From assembly GCA_964554805.1 (NCBI GenBank), contig CAZKPX010000001.1, positions 317,798 to 381,797 of the forward strand: 64,000 nt of DNA, in the 5' to 3' direction. Shown here piece by piece: positions 20,548 to 28,580 of this stretch. Origin of the DNA: an uncultured Candidatus Saccharibacteria bacterium. Its GTDB lineage: Bacteria; Patescibacteriota; CAZHWT01. The translations under genes were made by a program, and so were the position numbers. The first letter of the stretch is position 1. Every line of letters begins with the position of its first letter. The notes beneath the pieces are model-generated. The model made no database searches, had not been told where the DNA came from, and worked only from the letters and a program-made list of their open reading frames with translations.

Positions 20548-20550
20548 AAA

Positions 20551-20994
20551 ATGATCATCTGCCCCACCATTTACTATTGTCATCCCGGGCAGGAGATACT
20601 TCTGCCTGTGGGGGCGGTCCGTCTGCAAGGGCAGGCGGATGGTTGGTGGGTGGGGGAAGATATCCCTCATCTGCCGTTTGGCCAGAGAAGGGTGAAGGGA
20701 GGGGTCTTCATTGTAGAGGAGGACCTCTCCGATCCCTCGTTCTATGTGGAGGTTGTTATCCTCCACAATGTGAATGAGGGCCTGCCTGGGGCCATCCCCG
20801 CGCTGTTGATTGGGATTGGGGAAGCAGCGCCCCTTGCTGTCCCCAGTAAGAGTGCCTATCGCACTCTGACCGCCGAGGCTACATGTCCTCACTGCGGTTG
20901 TGGTCGCGATTTTAGGCAAAGCTGGGTGGCGGTCGAAGGCTGTTATTTCTGCGATACAGCCATTCGTTCCCCGTTCAGTATGAGCCCAAGCTAG
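20551..20994 (+). CDS. hypothetical protein with a C-terminal Cys4 zinc-ribbon
   Basis: CPHCGCG..x16..CYFCD; GGAGG RBS; the overlapping minus-strand ORF 20386-20919 was rejected. Confidence 0.45.
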   Translation: MIICPTIYYCHPGQEILLPVGAVRLQGQADGWWVGEDIPHLPFGQRRVKGGVFIVEEDLSDPSFYVEVVILHNVNEGLPGAIPALLIGIGEAAPLAVPSKSAYRTLTAEATCPHCGCGRDFRQSWVAVEGCYFCDTAIRSPFSMSPS

Positions 20995-21300
20995 ACTGAA
21001 CCCCGGAGAGCTGGAGGCTCTCTGGGGAACCCAATGGCAGTATCCCCAACTGGCGGAGATACGCCTCCACGTGGCGCTGCTGGAATAGTGCTTATTGTCA
21101 GGCTGAACTAAATTCTGCAGAATAAATCTGCGAATAAATCCAAACAGGATGACATTGAGTATTAACTGAGTATCTGAGGGAGAGTTTTTTCTGTCCGCTT
21201 TAGTTTTTTGATTATGAAAATTGATGCTATGGGTACGTTGTTGCTCGGTGTCGATGGTGAGTTAAAAGATTGAAGCGGGGAGATGAATGATGGAGGCTGG

Positions 21301-21478
21301 GTTATGGCAGTGTGCTGTGGCGGCTTCTGTCGGGTATATTTGACATAAGCTGGGCTTGTGACTAGGAACCCGTTTCTGAAATTTGTCTGTGGCCTTGAGG
21401 AAGATAGGGCTGAGGGGTTATAGTGCGGTTGATGTTTTTTAACGGTTAGCCGCTATTTCGGAGACGGGTTTTTGGTAA
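21301..21478 (+). repeat. R4 direct repeat, left copy (about 178 nt)
   Basis: About 93% identical to 22267-22440. Confidence 0.7.
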
Positions 21479-21597
21479 GTAGGGGGGATTGCCGGTCCGC
21501 TTGAGGCTTTTGGGTAATGAAGCTTGAAGTGGGGTGGTATGTGAGGGCAGGGAAAGATTCTCTGCTTGGGACCTCCCAATTAGAAAGGAGGGGTGCA

Positions 21598-21789
21598 ATG
21601 CACCCAGTCTTTTTCTTGCTAGCAATAGCGGCCACGCTGGCCGCTATTGGAGCAGTCGCTTGGCTGCTCTTCGGCTTCCATCAGGACACTCGGAAGGCGC
21701 TCGAGGTCTCCGTTGAGACCCGGGTTGCCATTGCGGCGATCCTGATCGGCACGGCCGCGATTGGCTGGTGCCTGGCGGTATCGGTTTAG
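21598..21789 (+). CDS. small two-TM membrane protein (63 aa)
   Basis: MHPVFFLLAIAATLAAIGAVAWLLFG..AIAAILIGTAAIGWCLAV; followed by a perfect hairpin cgaggaaggagg..ccttccttcctcg. Confidence 0.35.
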   Translation: MHPVFFLLAIAATLAAIGAVAWLLFGFHQDTRKALEVSVETRVAIAAILIGTAAIGWCLAVSV

Positions 21790-22007
21790 CGTGGTGGTCG
21801 AGAAAACCCGCGAGGAAGGAGGTTATTACCTTCCTTCCTCGGGGGAATACATTTTATATTGGAGAAGGAGTTGGTTTTGTAAGTGAGAAGAAAGAAGAGA
21901 GATCTTGTGGAGCAACAGGCGACAAGCGACCCCGATAGATCGGGGCAGGCTCGGCGACGAGACCTGGATTTGCGAAGCAAGCAACAGTGAACCTTAATAA
22001 TCAAATA

Positions 22008-22085
22008 ATGGCTGCAATATTACCCATCTCTCCGTGGTGCAGTCTGGATAGTCTGTTGAAAGACGGATGAACTGAGTATCTGACA
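22008..22085 (+). repeat. R1-variant repeat (ggctgcaatattaccca..ccgtggtgcag..ctggatagtctgttgaaagacggatgaactgagtatct)
   Basis: Shares its 5' module with 11619-11650 and its 3' module with R1. Confidence 0.55.
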
Positions 22086-22100
22086 TCAGAGACTTTCTGT

Positions 22101-22205
22101 CTCGCTTAGTGGTTGAGCTAGTTGACGCTTGTTTATGATTGTTCTTCTTGTCATTGCGAGAAGCGTAGCGACGCGGCAATCTAGTCTATTTGACCACTGA
22201 GTGAG
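22101..22205 (+). repeat. R3 structured repeat copy 3
   Basis: Closing helix ctcgcttagtggtt / gaccactgagtgag, with G-U and A-U substitutions relative to copy 2. Confidence 0.6.
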
Positions 22206-22266
22206 GGAGAAATCTCTCTGAAGATCGGATGGCCTGTCAGTCAAGGCGGGTAGGAAGAGTGGTTGG

Positions 22267-22440
22267 GGCAGCAGTGTGCTGTGGCGGCTTCTGTCGGGTA
22301 TATTTGACATAAGCTGGGCTTGTGACTAGGAACCTGTTTCTGAAATTTGTCTGTGGCCTTGAGGAAGATAGGGCCGAAGGGCTATAGTGAGATTAACTTG
22401 TTGTTAGTCACTATTTCGGAGACGGGTTTTTGGTTGGAAT
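22267..22440 (+). repeat. R4 direct repeat, right copy
   Basis: See 21301-21478. Confidence 0.7.
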
Positions 22441-22528
22441 AGCACGGCACGGCTTTTGAAGTGAATAGTGGGTGCTTGGTTGTTGCGTTATGGTATAATA
22501 TGCTGTCACAATTGCTTGTTGCCTGGGA

Positions 22529-23050
22529 GTGCTGGGCGGTGGTTGTGATAAAGGAGAGTGTTCGGTGGTTCAGCAAGAAACTAGCCCCGTAGAGTTGGGT
22601 AAGTATGAAATTTCACCCGAGGACTTTGAAGCGCTTCGGGCGCTATTACCTGCCCCGGTGGAGACGACGGTTGTTGAGTTTCTTCGTCATCACAATATTG
22701 TCAAGTCATTCGAAGCCCACGGTATTGTCTTGTTGCCATCCAGAGCTCGCAGCGGTCCAAAAGTCTCCTTGAACGAGGATGTTGGCCTTGAGGATTTACT
22801 GACAGGTCAGTGCGTCTTATTGGGAGCGTATTTGTCGGGATGGGGCGGCCCACTACTTTGTTCGTACGCATGGCATTGGGCTGTGGCAAGAAATGGCAAC
22901 GAGACGCTTCCATTTCTGAAGGAGCAGGATGGTCCAAAATATGACCAGTGGACTGGCTACGGCGCTTTTGATCAGTTGCTGGGCTTAATGCCGAGCTGGT
23001 TGAAGCTTGACTCGGACTGGCGAATTGAGGATGGTTGGATTCGCCGATAA
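22529..23050 (+). CDS. hypothetical protein
   Basis: 173-aa ORF. Confidence 0.4.
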   Translation: MLGGGCDKGECSVVQQETSPVELGKYEISPEDFEALRALLPAPVETTVVEFLRHHNIVKSFEAHGIVLLPSRARSGPKVSLNEDVGLEDLLTGQCVLLGAYLSGWGGPLLCSYAWHWAVARNGNETLPFLKEQDGPKYDQWTGYGAFDQLLGLMPSWLKLDSDWRIEDGWIRR

Positions 23051-23156
23051 CGGAGATAGACAGTGGGGTGGAGGGAAATTCTCTCCACCCTGTTGCATTT
23101 TGCTAACAATACATCTTGTTTTTGATAGTTATTATGAGTAAGCTTGGCTATAAGAG

Positions 23157-23507
23157 TTGAGCATAAAGGTTGATTTAAAAGGCAAGGAGCAGAGGATGTC
23201 ACTGGTCGCACCGGAAGTCATGACGTGTACGCCGCATCATTCGACTGAGATGGCGATCATGAAACTTTGCCCAAAGGGCGAGGAGATTGAATCGGTGTCG
23301 GCTGTTTTGAGTTGGTTCTGGTTGGGAGCTTATGTTAATGAGCGTGGGCGGGTAGTGCTGGAATGGCTGCCGTGCCTCAAGGTGGGGTGGGAGAGTTTTC
23401 TGCCGAACCAGAAGGCTGAGCTGTTTGAGCGAGTTGGATTGGCGATTCTGGAGATGGAGCTGCCACAACAATGGGTTATTGTTGACGGACGGCTTCGCAG
23501 ACGGTGA
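23157..23507 (+). CDS. hypothetical protein
   Basis: 116-aa ORF. Confidence 0.35.
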   Translation: MSIKVDLKGKEQRMSLVAPEVMTCTPHHSTEMAIMKLCPKGEEIESVSAVLSWFWLGAYVNERGRVVLEWLPCLKVGWESFLPNQKAELFERVGLAILEMELPQQWVIVDGRLRRR

Positions 23508-23778
23508 GCCAATCAGGAGTTTTAATTGGAATAGAGAGATATTAGCGCCTCCTGGGTAGGAACCAGGGGGCTTTTTATGGGCAGGTTATGGGACTGTTGT
23601 TGGGATTTATTGTTCATAATGAGGCACTCCTATTTATTTTTATATAAGGATATAGTTTATTATTTGAGTATATATATTTATATAGTGGTTGTATTTGAAA
23701 ACAGAGCATTATCTTGCTATACTCTGTGCCTAAACGTGTCTGTCGCAAAACAGGGCAACAAGTTTGAAGGAGTGAGGG

Positions 23779-24354
23779 ATGTGGTTAAAAGATTCAGACG
23801 CGCTGACCGGCAGTCTGAGAAAATGGGTGAGAGGGGTGACTCCTGAACCGGCTCATTTCAGTGTTCAAATGGCGCTCGATGCAGCCAGGGAACTTGGCTT
23901 ATGGATTGAGCGCGATGGAGACAACCGCCGCATTGTGCTTAAAAACTACAGCATCGGCATGATAACTCCGAGCATTGAACTGGTGAATCGAGATCGTGTT
24001 CAGGAGAAGCTGCAGCAGCCGGCGCAGTTTGAGGCTACTATGTATTCATGGGGTTACCTAGACCCTGGTGGCGTTCTGATTGAACCTATACCCGCCATCT
24101 ATAATCTCGGAGGCACGGTTTCCTTCGAAATTCAAGTTCATGGCATTCATTGTGATCCTCATAAAGCGGGCTCTTTGGGTGGGTCATGGACAAGAGGTAG
24201 GGAGGAAATTGGCTTGCTGATTGGCGCATGGTTGAACCCATTCATTCATCAAGTAGTGCTACCTGAGCCGGTGGTGATTGATTGGAAAGAAAAGGTGAGC
24301 GGTAGAAACCTGATGAGTGACGCAGAGCGGATCTGCTTCGCCTCGGAGCGTTAA
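23779..24354 (+). CDS. hypothetical protein
   Basis: 191-aa ORF, preceded by an AT-rich low-complexity tract at 23600-23720. Confidence 0.45.
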   Translation: MWLKDSDALTGSLRKWVRGVTPEPAHFSVQMALDAARELGLWIERDGDNRRIVLKNYSIGMITPSIELVNRDRVQEKLQQPAQFEATMYSWGYLDPGGVLIEPIPAIYNLGGTVSFEIQVHGIHCDPHKAGSLGGSWTRGREEIGLLIGAWLNPFIHQVVLPEPVVIDWKEKVSGRNLMSDAERICFASER

Positions 24355-24637
24355 ACTGATTCTCGCTAAGGATTTAGGTTCTTTGAGAGATGAGACGAGT
24401 GGTCCGGGTTATCGTGGAGGCGATACCCGGACTTTTTCTGTTGTCGGCACTTTGTTGGTATTAAATGTTGCAACAAGTTTTATTATGCCCTTAGGATGTA
24501 TGCTTGAAATTGAGGGGGAGAGCTGATAGAATAAGCCGTGTTCCGGCTATGTAGTGAACAGAGAAAAGAAGACGTGAGAAGTTTTTACAATCCTATATTC
24601 CTCGGTAGCTCTCCGCCAGCTGGCGGAGGCAGAGTAT

Positions 24638-25180
24638 TTGAAAATGGTTGTCTATGCTATTTACAATCAGAAGCATGATAAGATTTATATCGGTCAGACC
24701 GAAGATCTTGATTTGCGTCTCGACCTGCACAATAGTAAAGACTTCATTAAAAGCTACACTGCACGATTTGATGGCGTATGGAAGTTAATTTACCAAGAAG
24801 CAGTTGGTAATCGAGTAGAAGCTCTAACTCGCGAAAAGCAGCTTAAATCTTATCGCGGCAGACAATTCATAAAATCTTATATTCCTCGGTATCCGCCAGC
24901 TGGCGGGAGGAAGCTGCCACTCATAACAATGTGGTATGTCTACTGCCTATATAATTATGATAATGATAAGATTTATATTGGTTATACGGGCGATTTTGAC
25001 AGGCGCATTATTGAACACAATCTCAAGAAAGATAAAAGTTCGTATACTGCAAGGTTCGACGGTGAGTGGGTTTTGATTTATAAGGAAGAAGTCTCCAACA
25101 AATCAGAAGCTGCAAAACGTGAAAAGTCTTTAAAGTCGTTCAGGGGGCGTGAGTATTTACAATCTTATATTCCTCGGTAG
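24638..25180 (+). CDS. tandem double GIY-YIG nuclease (two YhbQ/UPF0213-like modules fused in one ORF)
   Basis: Module 1 VYAIYNQKHDKIYIGQTEDLDLRLDLHNS..SYTARFDGVWKLIY; module 2 VYCLYNYDNDKIYIGYTGDFDRRIIEHN..SYTARFDGEWVLIY; each ends ..SYIPR encoded by aatcttatattcctcggta; the stop codon overlaps the tRNA-Asn 5' end. Confidence 0.7.
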   Translation: MKMVVYAIYNQKHDKIYIGQTEDLDLRLDLHNSKDFIKSYTARFDGVWKLIYQEAVGNRVEALTREKQLKSYRGRQFIKSYIPRYPPAGGRKLPLITMWYVYCLYNYDNDKIYIGYTGDFDRRIIEHNLKKDKSSYTARFDGEWVLIYKEEVSNKSEAAKREKSLKSFRGREYLQSYIPR

Positions 25181-25245
25181 CTCAATGGCAGAGCAGGAAG
25201 CTGTTAACTTCAAGGTTGTTGGTTCGAATCCAGCCCGAGGAGCCA
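25171..25245 (+). tRNA. tRNA-Asn (anticodon GTT)
   Basis: Acceptor tcctcgg/ccgagga; D-stem gctc/gagc; anticodon loop ctGTTaa; T-arm gttgg-ttcgaat-ccagc; gCCA encoded. Confidence 0.85.
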
Positions 25246-25252
25246 TGAATAT

Positions 25253-25277
25253 GGCCACCCTAAAGGTGGCTATTTTC
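25253..25277 (+). terminator. terminator hairpin after tRNA-Asn
   Basis: ggccaccctaaaggtggc then tattttc. Confidence 0.5.
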
Positions 25278-25282
25278 ATGGC

Positions 25283-25375
25283 CTATTGGCATGATTTCGG
25301 CCAACTGCAACTGCAACTGCAGCATGGGCGTCGTGCGAGCGATTTTAATTACGACATCCAGTCCGAGGAGTCAGT
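25283..25375 (+). repeat. R5 repeat, partial copy
   Basis: ..ggcgtcgtgcgagcgattttaattacgacatccagtccgaggag; related to 26285-26425 and 28033-28165. Confidence 0.5.
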
Positions 25376-25463
25376 AAGTAAAGCACCCGACTGAGAGGCC
25401 AAGCTTTTTTCTGGCTGTTTGTGGCCTGGTAAAAATCAATCGGTCTGAAGGTGTTAGTTGGGA

Positions 25464-26120
25464 TTAGAGATTGGCGGAGTTTTTTCTAATGACTGGGGCT
25501 GCCTTCGAGGGCTCAATCTCGGAAATAATCTGATCTACTGTCTGGTTGTCTAGTCTTTTTGCCATTTTATCTCTAAAGATCTCCAGGTCACGAATGTAGC
25601 CATTGGCGTCGCATACTGTATTTGGGTCGCCCCCTATCGAAAGCTGGTATGCTGGACTTTCGTCTTTGGCCAAGTCTATAACGCTGTCGCACCAGCTGCT
25701 AATTGAGGACGAAAATGTTAGATAGAACTTATCCCCGAGACTTTCGTTGCGTATATTTGTTCCGTCAAGACTAAAATCAGTAGATGTGCCATCAATAAAA
25801 GGATTTGGCTCAAACTCTGTTACATCAACACTGCAGAAGATATTGCTGTCTGGCCTCAGACTTAATTCAATATATATTGACTGGCCCTCATTATCGAGAC
25901 AAATGAGCCCTTCCCGATCATGCGAAAAGATGCAGTTGCGGACGGCTTCTAGATATTCGAAGGGGTAGTCGGACACAGCACTCGCCGTAATGTCAAAAAT
26001 GACACCAGTGATAATGCCGTCTCTGGAGCGTATCAAGGCGTGTCCCCACTCAGGCAATGAGGCATTTGAGAGTGATAGAGGGTGTTCACCTAGGGCGGAT
26101 ATCTGCAAGGTGTAGTTCAT
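25464..26120 (-). CDS. hypothetical protein
   Basis: 218-aa ORF. Confidence 0.45.
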   Translation of the reverse strand: MNYTLQISALGEHPLSLSNASLPEWGHALIRSRDGIITGVIFDITASAVSDYPFEYLEAVRNCIFSHDREGLICLDNEGQSIYIELSLRPDSNIFCSVDVTEFEPNPFIDGTSTDFSLDGTNIRNESLGDKFYLTFSSSISSWCDSVIDLAKDESPAYQLSIGGDPNTVCDANGYIRDLEIFRDKMAKRLDNQTVDQIISEIEPSKAAPVIRKNSANL

Positions 26121-26284
26121 ATTGTGGTTATTTTACCATCTACGTGCCTCATATAGTAATCTTTTGTACTAGGATAAAGTTACAACCTTAGTAACTAATC
26201 TGAGGTTTAAGATTTAGGTTTTCTAAGACCGTGACTACTTCTGGCCTTTGGTCAAATTCAATTTCTCGGTTGCGGAAAGCGTCC

Positions 26285-26425
26285 ACTAACGAGAGCCAAA
26301 ATATGGTTATGACCGTAAGCTTGTGGCCATATTTTTTGTTTGTCGGTATGATTTCGAGCAACTGCGAAGGCAGCTTGGGGCGTTGTGCGAGCGATTTTGA
26401 TCGCGACATCCAGTCTGAAGGCCAA
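26285..26425 (+). repeat. R5 repeat copy (caaaaatatgg..ccatattttttg hairpin plus the gatttcgagcaactgcgaagg..gcgttgtgcgagcgatttt module)
   Basis: About 90% identical to 28033-28165. Confidence 0.65.
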
Positions 26426-26532
26426 AGAGGCTGCTAGGTATCTTCGATGTACTAATTAATTTTGCATCTAAACTAGTTCAGATGATGCTCCAGTTTGACT
26501 TAAGACCTATAGTGTAGTATAACAAAGAAATA

Positions 26533-27141
26533 GTGGACAGCTGCAAGGCGCAGCAAACCTGCAATGCATGGAGAGATATCATGTCTAACGCTATGTCGAG
26601 CACTCCTATGATCGATGGCTTCGAGGCTACCAGCCTCATTGCTTCGGGGGTAGTAAGGGCGTTCTTGGACAAAGGGAAATTGTTAGGCGACATCGTGTCG
26701 TACCCTCGAGAAGACCCCATGGGGTTAGGTATCAACACAGCCACTATCTCAAGTGCCGCAGCGCTTGCTTCTTTGATGGATGGAGGTATATGCTCGGCAA
26801 GGACACGAGAGCATAGGTTCTATCGACAGCAGGGTCCGTCCCAGCAGGTGTTGGAGGTATGCCTGCTTGGCATTCAACGCTTCAGCCAAGACCAAATTGA
26901 ATGGACAGCCAAGCTTCTTCGAGTTAAAACGTCGAAGCATCCTCGCCTTCAAGGTTTTGTGAGCTTGTATTTTGCGGTCGCGGCCAGAGGAGCAAGTAAC
27001 TACTGCTTCGAGCCACACTTCAAAGACAAGGAAGGTATGCTGCAAACACTTCGGGGGACCTACAAGGAAGATGGTTTGGTTAACTATCTGTTGTCAAACC
27101 TCGACCTCTTGTGGTTTCAGGCGGAGATTCGCGAAGAGTAG
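26533..27141 (+). CDS. hypothetical protein
   Basis: 202-aa ORF; the likely start is the internal ATG at 26581. Confidence 0.4.
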   Translation: MDSCKAQQTCNAWRDIMSNAMSSTPMIDGFEATSLIASGVVRAFLDKGKLLGDIVSYPREDPMGLGINTATISSAAALASLMDGGICSARTREHRFYRQQGPSQQVLEVCLLGIQRFSQDQIEWTAKLLRVKTSKHPRLQGFVSLYFAVAARGASNYCFEPHFKDKEGMLQTLRGTYKEDGLVNYLLSNLDLLWFQAEIREE

Positions 27142-27275
27142 GGAGATTGCTTCTGAACAAAATTCAGAGTATTTAGGCCATTCTATTTAAAGAATGGCCT
27201 AAATTTTGATTTACTATATAAATTGACCTCAACTGTTGCATAAGACTCTAGTTATTCATCTGCTATAATTTCCCT

Positions 27276-28007
27276 ATGATAAATGAATCTGCATTTTATG
27301 AATCAATTAACCAAAAGAGGATCTTTTGCTGCTTAACCGAACCTGTGGAAAAGGCAAATAAGATAATTATAATGAGTCATGGGTTTAGGGGTACAAGTGT
27401 AGGGCCGGCTAGGACATTCGTGGACTTTGCTCGACTCTTGGCGAGCAGTGGCTACGCCTCATTGCGTTATGATCAACCTAATAGCGGGAACTCTGAAGGT
27501 GATTTTCTCCAGTCCTCATTTAGTGAATGGGTAGACACTGCAGTATATCTTGCTAAGCAATATTTGGATCAGGGCTATGAGGTGGCGCTGCTTGGTCAAA
27601 GTATGGGTGCATCCACATCAGTTATTGCTTCATATCGAGAACCAATTAGAAATAAAATAAGCGGTCTATTGCTCTGGGTGCCCGATCCAAAATCTACATT
27701 CAACAAGCCTGCGGAGAAGGTGTTTGAAGAAGGTGGTCAGTTGTATCGAGGTCGATTTTGGAAAGAAGCAAGAGATGCGAACTTTTTTGCAGCTTTGGAG
27801 AGTTTCTCTAACCCAATACATTTAGTTTATGGTGAACATGATCGCTACGTTGAACCAGTACTAATTAAGCAGGTGTCTGAAATGGTACAACAGAAAGGGC
27901 AGGAGACTTTAGTGTTACCAGGGCAAGACCACAGTCCCTGGGATCCAGCATTGTGCCAGAAGGTTTATCAAGCAGAATTAGCCGCGCTAGATAAAGCATT
28001 TTCATAA
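27276..28007 (+). CDS. alpha/beta-hydrolase fold protein
   Basis: GQSMG nucleophile elbow (GxSxG); HGFRG oxyanion region. Confidence 0.65.
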   Translation: MINESAFYESINQKRIFCCLTEPVEKANKIIIMSHGFRGTSVGPARTFVDFARLLASSGYASLRYDQPNSGNSEGDFLQSSFSEWVDTAVYLAKQYLDQGYEVALLGQSMGASTSVIASYREPIRNKISGLLLWVPDPKSTFNKPAEKVFEEGGQLYRGRFWKEARDANFFAALESFSNPIHLVYGEHDRYVEPVLIKQVSEMVQQKGQETLVLPGQDHSPWDPALCQKVYQAELAALDKAFS

Positions 28008-28032
28008 ACCACAATTCGAAAATCATCCCAGG

Positions 28033-28165
28033 CGCGGAGCCAAAAATATGGTTATGACCGTAAGGTTGTGGGTGGCCATATTTTTTGTTTGTCGGTATGA
28101 TTTCGAGCAACTGCGAAGGCAGCTTGGGGCGTTGTGCGAGTGGTTTTAATCGTGGCATTTAGCCT
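28033..28165 (+). repeat. R5 repeat copy
   Basis: See 26285-26425. Confidence 0.65.
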
Positions 28166-28238
28166 GAAGCTAAGAGTTGGCTGATGCGCTTTACAATGCT
28201 GGGGCTCTACCTTATAATCAGTCGGCTATTCGGCATTC

Positions 28239-28580
28239 GTGAAGGAAGAGATGATGGCCGAAGCTCTCGATAAATTGGAGCGGCAAGTGGCCCCTCAGCA
28301 TCGAACAGCTTTTTCAGATGTCCGTACGCTAATCATGCATACTCAAGGTAAACTAGACTGGTTGCCTGAGTTGGCAGAAATGCATGGTCTGGCTTTAGAG
28401 ATAGTGGAGGAACTGAAAAAGCACCTGCAGTCGGAGATAGAAGCCTTGAACCAGCTTCCTCCGGATGCACCGCTGGCACATCTGATGCCGGAGCATCTTG
28501 AGCAGGCGCGTCAATTCCGGGAGCGTTTCCTGGAAAACTCACCCTATCATCAGGAAAGATTGCGTCAGGGCATCCCATAA
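28239..28580 (+). CDS. hypothetical protein
   Basis: 113-aa ORF. Confidence 0.35.
   Translation: MKEEMMAEALDKLERQVAPQHRTAFSDVRTLIMHTQGKLDWLPELAEMHGLALEIVEELKKHLQSEIEALNQLPPDAPLAHLMPEHLEQARQFRERFLENSPYHQERLRQGIP

Noticed and set aside
20386-20919. Minus-strand 177-aa ORF overlapping the Zn-ribbon gene
   Set aside because: The plus-strand ORF has a GGAGG RBS, the conserved R2 leader and a Cys4 motif. The minus-strand product is Pro/Arg-rich and low-complexity, typical of a high-GC antisense frame.
11628-22179. Conserved minus-strand small ORFs (MPRRYASRNDEKNNRKT..) in each R3 copy
   Set aside because: Peptide conservation follows about 85% nucleotide identity of the repeat. Substitutions are not synonymous-biased, and the sequence is low-complexity. 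Copy 2 terminates after 25 aa while copies 1 and 3 read through into unrelated sequence.
26188-28158. Minus-strand small ORFs (MSRSKSLAQRPKLPSQLLEIIPTNKKYGH..) conserved in two places
   Set aside because: They lie within the R5 nucleotide repeat. One copy overlaps the 3' end of the alpha/beta-hydrolase gene. Conservation is explained by the repeat.
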